Below, in pieces: positions 11,801 through 21,171 of a stretch of 64,000 nucleotides of DNA (position 1 is the first letter of the stretch; each line of letters opens with the position of its first letter). Under the pieces are notes generated by a model. It was not told the origin of the DNA and searched no databases. It worked only from the letters and a program-made list of their open reading frames with translations. Source of the DNA: Aulosira sp. ZfuVER01 (lineage in GTDB: Bacteria; Cyanobacteriota; Cyanobacteriia; Cyanobacteriales; Nostocaceae); contig JAVRCV020000028.1 of NCBI GenBank assembly GCA_034530615.2, positions 77,919-141,918 of the forward strand, given 5' to 3'. The position numbers were made by a program, and so were the translations under genes.

Positions 11801-12933
11801 TCTAGCCGGAATTCCAGGTTTTGCCATCTGCCACCCTGAGAACGTAAAGCTGAATTCAATTCATAGTTTTCAAATACCAAAAGACTATCGAACAAGGGCG
11901 TTCCCGGTGGCACATCGCTCCATCTTTGAACGTTGACTAGGGGAGTATGTTCGTAGTTTCGCAAAGCCACCCACTGCGATCGCAATTCTTTGAGCCAAGT
12001 CAGAAGCGATTTTTCCCCTGAAACGCTGACTCGAACTGGCAAGGTATTGATCAACAGTCCTACTATTGATTCAGCTCCTGCTACGGAGGAATGACGACAG
12101 GCTCTTGTAGCACCAAATACAATATCGCTTTCACCACTATAACGGCTCAAAAGTATTGCCCAAGCGCCCTGTACTAAAGTATTGAGTGTGAGTTGATGTT
12201 GTTGTGCTAAAGACTGCAACATCGCTGTAGTTTTTTCTGAGAGCCGGATTGCTTGCTCGCCAAAACCGCTTTGATCGCGCGGATTTGAGTCTAATAATAA
12301 AGGTGTGGGTGCGGTAAAGCCTTTGAGCAAGTTCCGCCAAAAACTTTCAGCCTGAGACCAATTTTGTTGCTGTAGCCATGTAATGTGATCTTGATAAGGA
12401 CGGGGTTGGGGAAGTTGTAAGTCTTTGCCTTCGCAGAAAGCATCATAAAAGGTGAATACTTCCTTAATAATGACTGACAAAGAACGACCATCTAACAAAG
12501 CATGGTGAAAAGTCCAAATAAATTGGTAGACAGATGCTTTCAAGCGAAATAATCCTAGGCGCATCAATGGCGCGACATTTAACTCAAAGCCAAGAGTGCG
12601 ATCGCTTTGCAGATAAGCTTGCAATTTAGTTGATTGTTCTGTGTCAGATAAGTCACACCAATCTTGCTGTTCCAGAGGAATTATGACTTTTTCATGCACA
12701 TATTGCTGAGGTTCGTGTTCACTTTCCCAATCAAAGCTAGTTCTCAAAACTGCGTGTCGTTCTACAACTTTCTGCCATGCTTGTTGAAATGCAAAACAAT
12801 CAATTTTTTCATATACTACACAGATCATCTGCTCAATATCTACTCCCGATTTTTGAGCAACTAGATTGTTAAACAGCATTCCTTGCTGTAGAGATGACAG
12901 TGGATATGAATATTTTCTGGCTTCTACTTTCAT
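8854..12933 (-). CDS. Stand-alone single-module NRPS (C-A-PCP-TE)
   Basis: C domain HHALLDG; A-domain cores [65 protein letters not shown] GFSSG and C-terminal GTH. Confidence 0.95.
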   Translation of the reverse strand: [1359 protein letters not shown]

Positions 12934-13514
12934 TTTGTTTTTATAAAAATCATGAATGATTTGATAGTTACTAAAAATGTAACTATCCGATAAAAGGTTA
13001 AATGATTACAAAATTAAATAAAATAAATTCTCTGCAATATCTAGTAATTAATAGATTGACTACAATTAATCAAATATATCTACTAATTACTAAATAAATT
13101 TTTTATAACAGGCAGAAAACTTATAAAAATTATGGTAGTGCAGCTTTATTAATAAGTATCAATAGAATTTAGCAAGTAATATTTCAAATTCTATATAAAA
13201 ATAATAAAGAATTATCTAGATTCTACAAAGAAAAGATAAAGTTATAATAGCTACTCCGTGGTTTTAGCTAATAAATTCGATATTTTTAACCAGTGAAGTG
13301 TAGCCAAAATTCAATAAATTAAAGCATTCTATTTTTTGACTTTTGCCAGTGGTAACGATCGCTACATAAAATTTAAGCAAATAAAAAAGGCGGCTTTGCC
13401 ACCTCTTTATTTATCTAGTTTTTAGATAACGGTACAGTATCAACTACACAGCTGGCTACAAATTATTATGCGTGTCACCATATCATCATGTAGCCAAGTT
13501 CAAGGCAATTGAGA

Positions 13515-14993
13515 TTACCACTTGTGTCTGATCCAATCGTAAATCTCTACATATTCAGTGCCTGGAATATTCCATGAGTAGTCATACTCCATACCCTGAA
13601 TTGCTAATTCGCGGAACTCTTCAGGAGAGTAATTCCACAAATCAATTGCTCGTTCCATTGCTGACTCAAGCGCATAATTATCGCTTTCATAAAATACAAA
13701 ACCATTGCGTTTTTCTGGTGGTACATTCTCGTCATAATTGCGGTCAAATACTGTATTCACCAGACCACCAACACCGCGCACAATCGGTACAGTGCCATAT
13801 TTCAAGCCAATCATTTGCGTTAACCCACAAGGTTCGTAATTGCTTGGGACAACAATCATATCTGCCCCTGCATAAATCAGGTGAGATAATTCTTCGTTAA
13901 AGCCCAGCTCTAAATGTACATCTGGGTTGTTATTTAAAAATTGTTTTTCATGCCGGAATTGTTCATTGATTCCTGGTTCTGTTGCTGAACCTAGTAAGAC
14001 AAATTGCGCTCCTTTATTCAGGGCGTAATAAATGGCATGATGAACAAGATGTACGCCTTTTTGATTATCTAAACGGCCAATGTAAGCAACTATTGGTTTA
14101 TCTTCTTGGCGGAGCATGAGCCGCTCTCGTAAAGCTTTTTTGTTATCGAATTTTTGTTCAAAATTGTCTTTGGTATAGTTGGATGGGATGTAGCGATCTA
14201 CTTCCGGATTCCAAAAGTCGTAATCAATACCGTTGAGTATTCCACGGAATTTATCTTGGTGTAAATGCAAAGTATGGCCTAACCCACAACCAACATCGCT
14301 GGTACGGGCTTCCCAAGCATGGTTGGGAGAAACTGTGGTGAAAGCATTGGAGTAAACAATCCCCGCCTTCATAAAGTTCAAGGCAAAAGGGTTAAAGTTA
14401 TCACGCAGCTTATCGTATTGGAAGTAATATTCTGGTCGATTTAAACCTGTAGCTTGGAGAGTTTCTACACCACCCATTCCTTGATGCTTAAAGTTGTGGA
14501 TGGTGTAACAAACTCTCTGATACTCCATGCCATAATACTTGTACATTTCATGGAGCATGACTGGAATTAAGCCTGTTTGCCAGTCATGACAATGGATGAC
14601 ATCGGGTCGTTTATTGCTTTGAAGCAAAAACTCTAAAGCAGCTTTGCTAAAGAAGGCAAAGCGCATATTATCGTCATCGCAGCCATAATAGCAGCCCCGA
14701 TTGAAGAAATTATCTTGAGAGTGGGGTTCAATGAAAAAACACACCCTTCCATGTACCCAACCGCAGTACACAGAACACTGAATTGCTCCACCATACCAAG
14801 GTACTGATAAGTTGCGGTAGGCATCATGCAGCCCCCAAATATGGTCGTAGCGCATACAATCATACTTGGGCAGAATTAGCTCAACACAATGTCCCCGAGT
14901 CTCTAATTCCCGACTCAGTCCGTAAACAACATCCCCTAAACCGCCAGCTTTAATTACAGGCGCACACTCCGAGGCAATCTGTACAATGTACAT
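13515..14993 (-). CDS. glgA: Glycogen synthase
   Basis: KAGGLGDV (KxGG), HCHDWQT, TIHN, RLDNQKG, PSNYEPCGLTQM; likely start ATG at 14993 (MYIVQIASE). Confidence 0.95.
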   Translation of the reverse strand: MYIVQIASECAPVIKAGGLGDVVYGLSRELETRGHCVELILPKYDCMRYDHIWGLHDAYRNLSVPWYGGAIQCSVYCGWVHGRVCFFIEPHSQDNFFNRGCYYGCDDDNMRFAFFSKAALEFLLQSNKRPDVIHCHDWQTGLIPVMLHEMYKYYGMEYQRVCYTIHNFKHQGMGGVETLQATGLNRPEYYFQYDKLRDNFNPFALNFMKAGIVYSNAFTTVSPNHAWEARTSDVGCGLGHTLHLHQDKFRGILNGIDYDFWNPEVDRYIPSNYTKDNFEQKFDNKKALRERLMLRQEDKPIVAYIGRLDNQKGVHLVHHAIYYALNKGAQFVLLGSATEPGINEQFRHEKQFLNNNPDVHLELGFNEELSHLIYAGADMIVVPSNYEPCGLTQMIGLKYGTVPIVRGVGGLVNTVFDRNYDENVPPEKRNGFVFYESDNYALESAMERAIDLWNYSPEEFRELAIQGMEYDYSWNIPGTEYVEIYDWIRHKW

Positions 14994-15282
14994 TCCTAGT
15001 CCCCGCTTCACAAAACTTTATTTGTACTATATTCTTATCAGTACATGAAAAATGTACTCATTGACACGTAAGTAGTTGAATGATAAGCAAAAAAATTTAA
15101 ACACCGGTCTATCAATAATCAAATCTATTAGCATCAGTGGAAAATTATGCAATTTGTAAGATGCAGATTATTGTTATGGGAATCTAAATTTTATTGCTGA
15201 AATTACTTGTATCAAGAGGGAACGGGGAATAGGTAATAGAGGCGTAGAGATAAATACTCTCGAAAAATTGGTGAGTGAGAGG

Positions 15283-15975
15283 CTAGTTGACTTCCACACT
15301 CGCTATAGTGACTTTTACCTTGGCAGATGTAGTATTATCACCCAGAAAAAGCAAATTAGGTGTGGTGTAAGGATTTTTATAACCTGGTGGTGGTGTGAAG
15401 CCTGTATATTGTCGCAGCTTACCTTGAAGAATGGGGGAGGCAATTCCGTTAACAAACAGCTGATAGTTAGCATCCTTGACGGTTAGCTTATATGTTTGCA
15501 CTGAAGCTTTCGTGTGATGAGCGACATTTTCGCCACGGGTAAAGCCGACATTCTGTGCCCAAATGCTATTTTCCCAGAAGCTCAATTCTATACCGTAGGG
15601 TTGCTGTTCACTAGTTAACTTGTTAGCGATCGCCATCATACTAAAGCCAGCGCGATTATCGGAACTGTGGCTTTCCGAATTAATTTGCACTCTGAAAGTG
15701 ATGGTGTAACCTTTGCTGCGATCTAAAATTACCGGAGATTGGCGAAAATATCCTGCATAATTGGCGTTAGTGCCGCTAGTATCGAGAATCGTACCATTGG
15801 TTGTGGCGATCGCATAAGGTGCAGGAGATACGGCACTCCAAAGATACATCCATCCTTGTTGAGCTAGTGTTTGACTAGGGCTTGATAAGCCGTTATACAG
15901 TACCGCCGCACTAGCAGCATGAGTTCCCATCAGCAAGACAAAGCCAGCAGTCACAGCAGCGAGAGAGGTTTTCAT
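15283..15975 (-). CDS. Secreted beta-sandwich protein resembling the cyanobacterial 'choice-of-anchor Y' domain, no C-terminal anchor
   Basis: Signal peptide ending ASA; RAGFS, GIELSFW..IWAQ, PNLLFLGDNTTSA motifs; family name from recollection only. Confidence 0.6.
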   Translation of the reverse strand: MKTSLAAVTAGFVLLMGTHAASAAVLYNGLSSPSQTLAQQGWMYLWSAVSPAPYAIATTNGTILDTSGTNANYAGYFRQSPVILDRSKGYTITFRVQINSESHSSDNRAGFSMMAIANKLTSEQQPYGIELSFWENSIWAQNVGFTRGENVAHHTKASVQTYKLTVKDANYQLFVNGIASPILQGKLRQYTGFTPPPGYKNPYTTPNLLFLGDNTTSAKVKVTIASVEVN

Positions 15976-16091
15976 TAATTCTTAATTACAAAGGTATTAT
16001 TTGGTAGTTACGGTAGTGCTATCCCTGAAATCACGGTTCAAATTATACCTGTAATTAAGGTGTTTTTTCTCACGCCAAGAAAGATATGAAG

Positions 16092-17663
16092 TTAAATCAC
16101 AAAGGGGTCAAGTTGGCTACTGAACCATTGTTCGCCCACGCGCTCTGCTATCAATGGTTTGACGGTAAACTTGGGTGGAATGCCGTCATGAACATCAATT
16201 CGCACGCAGGAATAAGCAAGTTGCTTTTGAAAGGCGTAGTCTTTGCGACCTACATATAATAGTGAATCTGCTACTTTGCGATTCGGACTACCAGGAATTT
16301 CAGTAAAGGTTTCCAGTAATTCACTTCCCTCTACTCGCTGGCGGCGGGGACGGCGACCGCTACCACCGGAGATAATATAGTTGATGTGGGAGTCAGCGTA
16401 ACCTGTATCTACGGTACGCAGATATTCTAGACAGTGGGCATGACCGCTAAGAACTAAGTCTACTATGGGACGGTTTTGGATTTGGGAACCCAGAGTTTTT
16501 GCTACTCGATCGAACACCCAGCGTAGACGGTGACGCACTGCTAGAGTTTGGGCTTGATGCCATTTAGTTGCTTCTGTGACGTAGGGGGGATGGTGGAGAT
16601 AGATTACCCGTCCGCGTACCTCAGAGTTATTCCAAGATTCAATCAACCTGTTACACAGCCAGTTTAGTTGTTCAAAGTCAATTGTCGCTGGTGTATGGGA
16701 TGCTAATTGTTTTTCAATGTCGATTTTGACTTCGTTGATTTGGTCTAATTTGGCACTGAGGTCATCGAGTTGTTCCGCATCATCAGGGTTATCTGGGTTG
16801 AGGCGATCGCTCAATTCTAAAATCTGCACTTCTTCCCGATCTATTTCATGACGGCGCTTTTCCAATTCTCGACGGTAAATTCCCCCGGCTTGGGTTGTTG
16901 GTAAAGGCGAAGGTTCGTTAAAGGTATTGGAATCGAGAGCGAAAAAATCTATACCACCGTACCGAAAAGTGTAATAGCGGTTGGGTAAACGGGTAAAAAT
17001 TCCCGGTTCGTAGCGTAAACATCGCCCTGTATCTGTTTTTGCAGTGTAGTGAATGTCTAAATGCTCGTTTAATTCTTCAGAAGAAGCGATTCCTGCAAGA
17101 TAATCGAGAAATGCCCGTGAATATGCATCGCCTTGATTGGAACCGTGCCAACCAATTTCAAAATCTTTGTAGCGTAGCATCCGCCGCAGCCGCAACGTAC
17201 TTCCTGTCAATAGGCGATACAGCAAGGGAACATCGTAATAATCATGATTGCCCAACACTGGTAGGAAGGGTAGATTAAATACCATGCGATCGTAGGCAAT
17301 ATTTTCTGGATTCTCCCCGCCTACCAGAAATTCTCGGTAGGGTTCGATAAAATTTGTCGGGTAATATTCATGGGAACCCACCACATAAATCACATCACCC
17401 GTGTGCAAAACCAAACTGCACTCGTCTTTGTGGGGATGCATGAGTTTAGCAACTTGGCGTTGGGGGTGGTATCCGTAATGAGACTTTGTCCCACTATCAC
17501 CAATGACCATAAAAGAGAATTCTGGGCGATCGCTTTTGCAATCGTCTATGACCATACTAGTTTGGTCGATTCCCCGTTGCACAATATTGGGATGCAGCCA
17601 CCGCACCCTTTCCTGCATCTTGTGAATTTTCACAGGAATTGGCGGTTCGGATATCAATCTCAT
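16092..17663 (-). CDS. Calcineurin-like metallophosphoesterase with helical insertion
   Basis: GDSG, HTGDVIY, GNHD, HHP, GHAH metal-binding motifs. Confidence 0.9.
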   Translation of the reverse strand: MRLISEPPIPVKIHKMQERVRWLHPNIVQRGIDQTSMVIDDCKSDRPEFSFMVIGDSGTKSHYGYHPQRQVAKLMHPHKDECSLVLHTGDVIYVVGSHEYYPTNFIEPYREFLVGGENPENIAYDRMVFNLPFLPVLGNHDYYDVPLLYRLLTGSTLRLRRMLRYKDFEIGWHGSNQGDAYSRAFLDYLAGIASSEELNEHLDIHYTAKTDTGRCLRYEPGIFTRLPNRYYTFRYGGIDFFALDSNTFNEPSPLPTTQAGGIYRRELEKRRHEIDREEVQILELSDRLNPDNPDDAEQLDDLSAKLDQINEVKIDIEKQLASHTPATIDFEQLNWLCNRLIESWNNSEVRGRVIYLHHPPYVTEATKWHQAQTLAVRHRLRWVFDRVAKTLGSQIQNRPIVDLVLSGHAHCLEYLRTVDTGYADSHINYIISGGSGRRPRRQRVEGSELLETFTEIPGSPNRKVADSLLYVGRKDYAFQKQLAYSCVRIDVHDGIPPKFTVKPLIAERVGEQWFSSQLDPFVI

Positions 17664-17738
17664 TTGTCATTTGTCCTTTGTCATTTGTTATTGGGCATTG
17701 GGCATTGGGCATTGGGCATTGGGCATTAGTCATTTGTC
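17661..17738. repeat. Heptamer STRR-type repeats (CATTTGT, CATTGGG)
   Basis: Directly visible tandem heptamers; related tracts at about 5530-5560, 8392-8410, 17992-18030, 25185-25210, 48218-48283. Confidence 0.85.
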
Positions 17739-17751
17739 AAAAGTTAGGCTT

Positions 17752-17981
17752 AAAGGTGTAACGTTCGTGTTTAAAGGTGCAGCTTCCGGCATCAAAGGCG
17801 CAACGTTAAGGCTAAAAGGTGCAATTTTCGACATTAAAGGCGCAACGTTGAGGCTAAAAGGTGCAACTCCGATATAAAAGGCGCAACATTCATGTTTAAA
17901 GGTGTAATCTCCAAGTTCCAAGGCGCAATGTTCAGGTTTAACGGCGTAATTGACGTGTTCACAACCCCAACCTCCGCGCTC
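17752..17981. repeat. Degenerate 21-bp tandem repeat, about 11 units (AAAGGYGCAACGTT...)
   Basis: Units start at 17752, 17773, 17794, 17815, 17836, 17857 (20 nt), 17877, 17898, 17919, 17940, 17961. Confidence 0.85.
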
Positions 17982-18029
17982 AAAAGTTCAATCCCAATGC
18001 CCAATGCCCGATGCCCGATGCCCCATTCC

Positions 18030-19850
18030 CTACTGATAACCCGCCGCTTGTAACAAGAATAACCTGGCATATTGTCCCCCTGCTTCCAACAATTCTTCGT
18101 GAGTTCCCTGTTCGACAACTTGCCCGGCTTCAATCACCATGATTTTATCTGCCATGCGTACTGTGGAGAAACGGTGAGAAATCAAAAATACCATTTGATT
18201 TTGGGTAACGGTACGAAAATGATTGAAAATATCAAACTCAGCTTGGGCATCCATTGCTGATGTGGGTTCGTCTAATACTAAGATATCTGCCCTCGTTCGC
18301 ATAAAAGCACGAGAAAGGGCGATTTTCTGCCACTGTCCCCCAGAAAGTTCCTGTCCTCCCTTGAACCAACGACCAAGTTGCGTCCCAAAGCTGTCAGGTA
18401 ACTGTTGAATAAACGGTTCCGCCATACCTTTTTGGGCTGCATTTTGCCAGCGGTTTGTATCTTCTAAATATTGGACATCACCAACGCCAATATTCTCTCC
18501 GACAGTGAATTGGTAGCGGACAAAGTTTTGAAAAATTACACCAATGCGCTGCCGCAATACCTCTATATCCCATTCTTGCAAATCCACACCGTCAAGAAAA
18601 ATCCTCCCGGAGTCGGGGGTGTAAAGTCGGGTGAGTAATTTGATTAAAGTTGTCTTACCGGAACCGTTTTCACCGACAATCGCCAGTTTTGCTCCTGGTT
18701 TTAAATGTAGAGAAATATTGTTCAATGCAGGCTTAGTGCTTCCTGGGTAAGTAAACGAGACATTTTCAAAGCGAATCCCATCTTGGGGATTAATACCTTT
18801 GGTAACTGTACCCCAAGGCTGTGGTGCTTCTACTTCGAGGAACTCGTAAAGATTAGAAAGATAAAGGTTATCTTCGTACATCCCCCCAATAGAAGTTAGG
18901 GCACCGGAAAAAGTAGACTGTCCTTGGCGGAACACGGTGAGATACATCGTCATATCTCCCAAAGAAATCCTACCCAAAACTGCTTCTACAACAATCCAAG
19001 CGTATGCTAGGTAAAATGCTACGGTACTTACCAAACTCAGGAGATATCCCCAAAGTCCCCGCCGTAAAGTTAAGTCACGGTCTTCGCCGTAAAGTTGATC
19101 GAAAATATTGCGATAACGCCTGAGTAGCATTCCTCCCAGTTGATAGAGTTTGACTTCTGTGACAAAGTCTTCCCTAGCCAAGAGATTTTCTAAATAATGC
19201 TGTTGACGGGTTTCTGGCGCGCGCCAACTAAACAGGCGAAAGGCTTGACCAGCAAATTTAGTTTCGGCAATGAATGCGGGCATAGCTGCTACAATCAGCA
19301 CAATTAACGCCCACACAGAGAACTTCACCAGCAAAATACCGTAAGTCACCAGTGAAAGGGCACTTTGCACTAAGCCAAAGGTGCGAGTGACTAAAGAAAG
19401 CGGACGCACTGATGCTTCTCGCCGCGCATTCAGGAGTTTGTCATAAAATTCTGAGTCTTCAAAATGCGTCAGATCCAGTGTCAGCGCCTTTTCTAAAATA
19501 AGTACATTCACGCGCTGACCTAGTAGCACTCGCAACAGAGATTGACAGACGGAGATACCTCGCTGACTACCTGCCAATAACATGACAGCGATCGCTTCTA
19601 ATCCCACATACAATAAAGGCTGCGTAATGTTATTATCTGCACCAGCTTGTGATGCCAATACCACCGCATCCACAATTAACTTCCCAATGTAGGCGATCGC
19701 TGCTGGTAAAAGACCAGCCACCAAAGTTAAAGTAGCAAGAATAATCGTTAAACTACGGCTAGTAGTCCACACCAAACCAATAGCCCGTCCGCTGTAACGG
19801 AATACTGCCAGTGATTGTCGCAGAGCCTTTCGTGTCTTTTTAGTCTTCAT
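18030..19850 (-). CDS. ABC exporter, fused permease/ATP-binding protein
   Basis: N-terminal TM domain; Walker A GENGSGKT, signature LSGGQWQK, Walker B ILVLDEPT, SHR. Confidence 0.95.
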   Translation of the reverse strand: MKTKKTRKALRQSLAVFRYSGRAIGLVWTTSRSLTIILATLTLVAGLLPAAIAYIGKLIVDAVVLASQAGADNNITQPLLYVGLEAIAVMLLAGSQRGISVCQSLLRVLLGQRVNVLILEKALTLDLTHFEDSEFYDKLLNARREASVRPLSLVTRTFGLVQSALSLVTYGILLVKFSVWALIVLIVAAMPAFIAETKFAGQAFRLFSWRAPETRQQHYLENLLAREDFVTEVKLYQLGGMLLRRYRNIFDQLYGEDRDLTLRRGLWGYLLSLVSTVAFYLAYAWIVVEAVLGRISLGDMTMYLTVFRQGQSTFSGALTSIGGMYEDNLYLSNLYEFLEVEAPQPWGTVTKGINPQDGIRFENVSFTYPGSTKPALNNISLHLKPGAKLAIVGENGSGKTTLIKLLTRLYTPDSGRIFLDGVDLQEWDIEVLRQRIGVIFQNFVRYQFTVGENIGVGDVQYLEDTNRWQNAAQKGMAEPFIQQLPDSFGTQLGRWFKGGQELSGGQWQKIALSRAFMRTRADILVLDEPTSAMDAQAEFDIFNHFRTVTQNQMVFLISHRFSTVRMADKIMVIEAGQVVEQGTHEELLEAGGQYARLFLLQAAGYQ

Positions 19851-19881
19851 TATTATTTTTATAGCGCGGAAACACCGCCCT

Positions 19882-19997
19882 GCGATCGCCTGCCCAATCT
19901 CAACTATTCGTTGGTTGCGTCTGGCATCTCTTAATTCTGCTTGTGCCCATTGTTGAGATACCCAGTTTTTTCAGTTGTTGAAGTCATTTATGTTCAT
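19882..19997 (-). pseudogene. N-terminal remnant of an IS4-family (Tn5/IS50-like) transposase
   Basis: Hand translation MNINDFNN*KNWVSQQWAQAELRDARRNQRIVEIGQAIA matches the W...W..A.L.D.RR..R DNA-binding motif; internal TGA; similarity ends at a HIP1 site. Confidence 0.65.
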
Positions 19998-20122
19998 CCA
20001 CGCATTTGACTTTGTAAATCAAAATGAGCCTGACATAGAACTTGGTATGAACCTCTTACTAATAACCAGTGACAAATGACAAACTCACAATTTGAATTTT
20101 ATTTCACCTAAATAATTAAAAA

Positions 20123-20947
20123 ATGGAATTACTGTCAGAACCTTTAAGTGTCGAATATTTAAATATTGAAATTTTGGGATTAACTAAGTCATTACGAAAT
20201 ACGCAGATAGTACAAATGTCAGATTTCCATTATGATGGACTGTTACTATCTGAAGAATTGCTGGCACAAGCAATTAATACTAGCAATCAAATTCAGCCTG
20301 ATTTAGTACTACTTACAGGTGACTTTGTTACTCATAGTCCCAAACCAATACATCAACTAGCAAGTCGGTTGAAAGGCTTAAAAAGTCGAGCTGGTATTTA
20401 TGCAGTTTTAGGAAATCATGACCTATATTTTCCTAACTCTAAAGCAGAAATTACCAGTGCTTTAACCTCTGTAGGTATCCAAGTGCTTTGGAATCAAGTA
20501 GCCTATCCTTTAGGTGCTGAGTTGGCATTAGTAGGACTTCCTGATTATTGGTCGCCGGAGTTCAACCCAGCATTGGTAATGCGTCAATTAAATGTTAATA
20601 CACCTCGAATCGTGTTATCTCACAATCCAGATAGCGCCGAAGCAATGCAAAAATGGCGGGTTGATTTACAACTTTCAGGACATACTCACGGTGGTCAAAT
20701 AGTGATTCCCGGAATTGGTTCTGTACCTAGTTGGATTTATGCTTCTCGTCATGACATTCCCGAATTTCTCTGGACTTGGATACCTTTTTTAAAAGGGAAA
20801 TGGCCAAGAGTGGTGAAGAATTGGCAATGGAGTCAAGGTTTACATTGGGTAGGTACAAACAAGCTTTATGTAAATCGCGGTTTGGGAACATTTCCCCCAG
20901 GACGTTGGCATTGTCCTCCAGAAGTTACGGCGATCGCTTTAGTTTAA
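20123..20947 (+). CDS. Metallophosphoesterase (YkuE/YaeI-like)
   Basis: SDFH, TGDF, GNHD, SHNPD, SGHTHGGQ, VNRGLG, PPEV. Confidence 0.92.
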   Translation: MELLSEPLSVEYLNIEILGLTKSLRNTQIVQMSDFHYDGLLLSEELLAQAINTSNQIQPDLVLLTGDFVTHSPKPIHQLASRLKGLKSRAGIYAVLGNHDLYFPNSKAEITSALTSVGIQVLWNQVAYPLGAELALVGLPDYWSPEFNPALVMRQLNVNTPRIVLSHNPDSAEAMQKWRVDLQLSGHTHGGQIVIPGIGSVPSWIYASRHDIPEFLWTWIPFLKGKWPRVVKNWQWSQGLHWVGTNKLYVNRGLGTFPPGRWHCPPEVTAIALV

Positions 20948-21171
20948 CGGGAATATAGCTGCGTAACAGAGGTATCTTACGCGATCGCAGCGTGGCGAGA
21001 ACATAGTCGGGTAACGCTCGTACTTCGCTAACAGCAGTCGCTCAACTTTTCGCAAAATCCAAAATCTAAAATGGTATTACAGGCAATTCTAGTCAATACT
21101 CGGCATACTTAAAGAGGGAGCGCGTTTAAACAACTCCCTGCTATCTGAGGCGTGAAGGTAAACCAGCGACA

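Noticed and set aside
17752..17981. Possible CRISPR array or real ORFs 17671..17877 and 17730..17921
   Set aside because: The 21-bp period is too short for repeat plus spacer; the ORFs are by-products of the repeats and are broken by a 20-nt unit.
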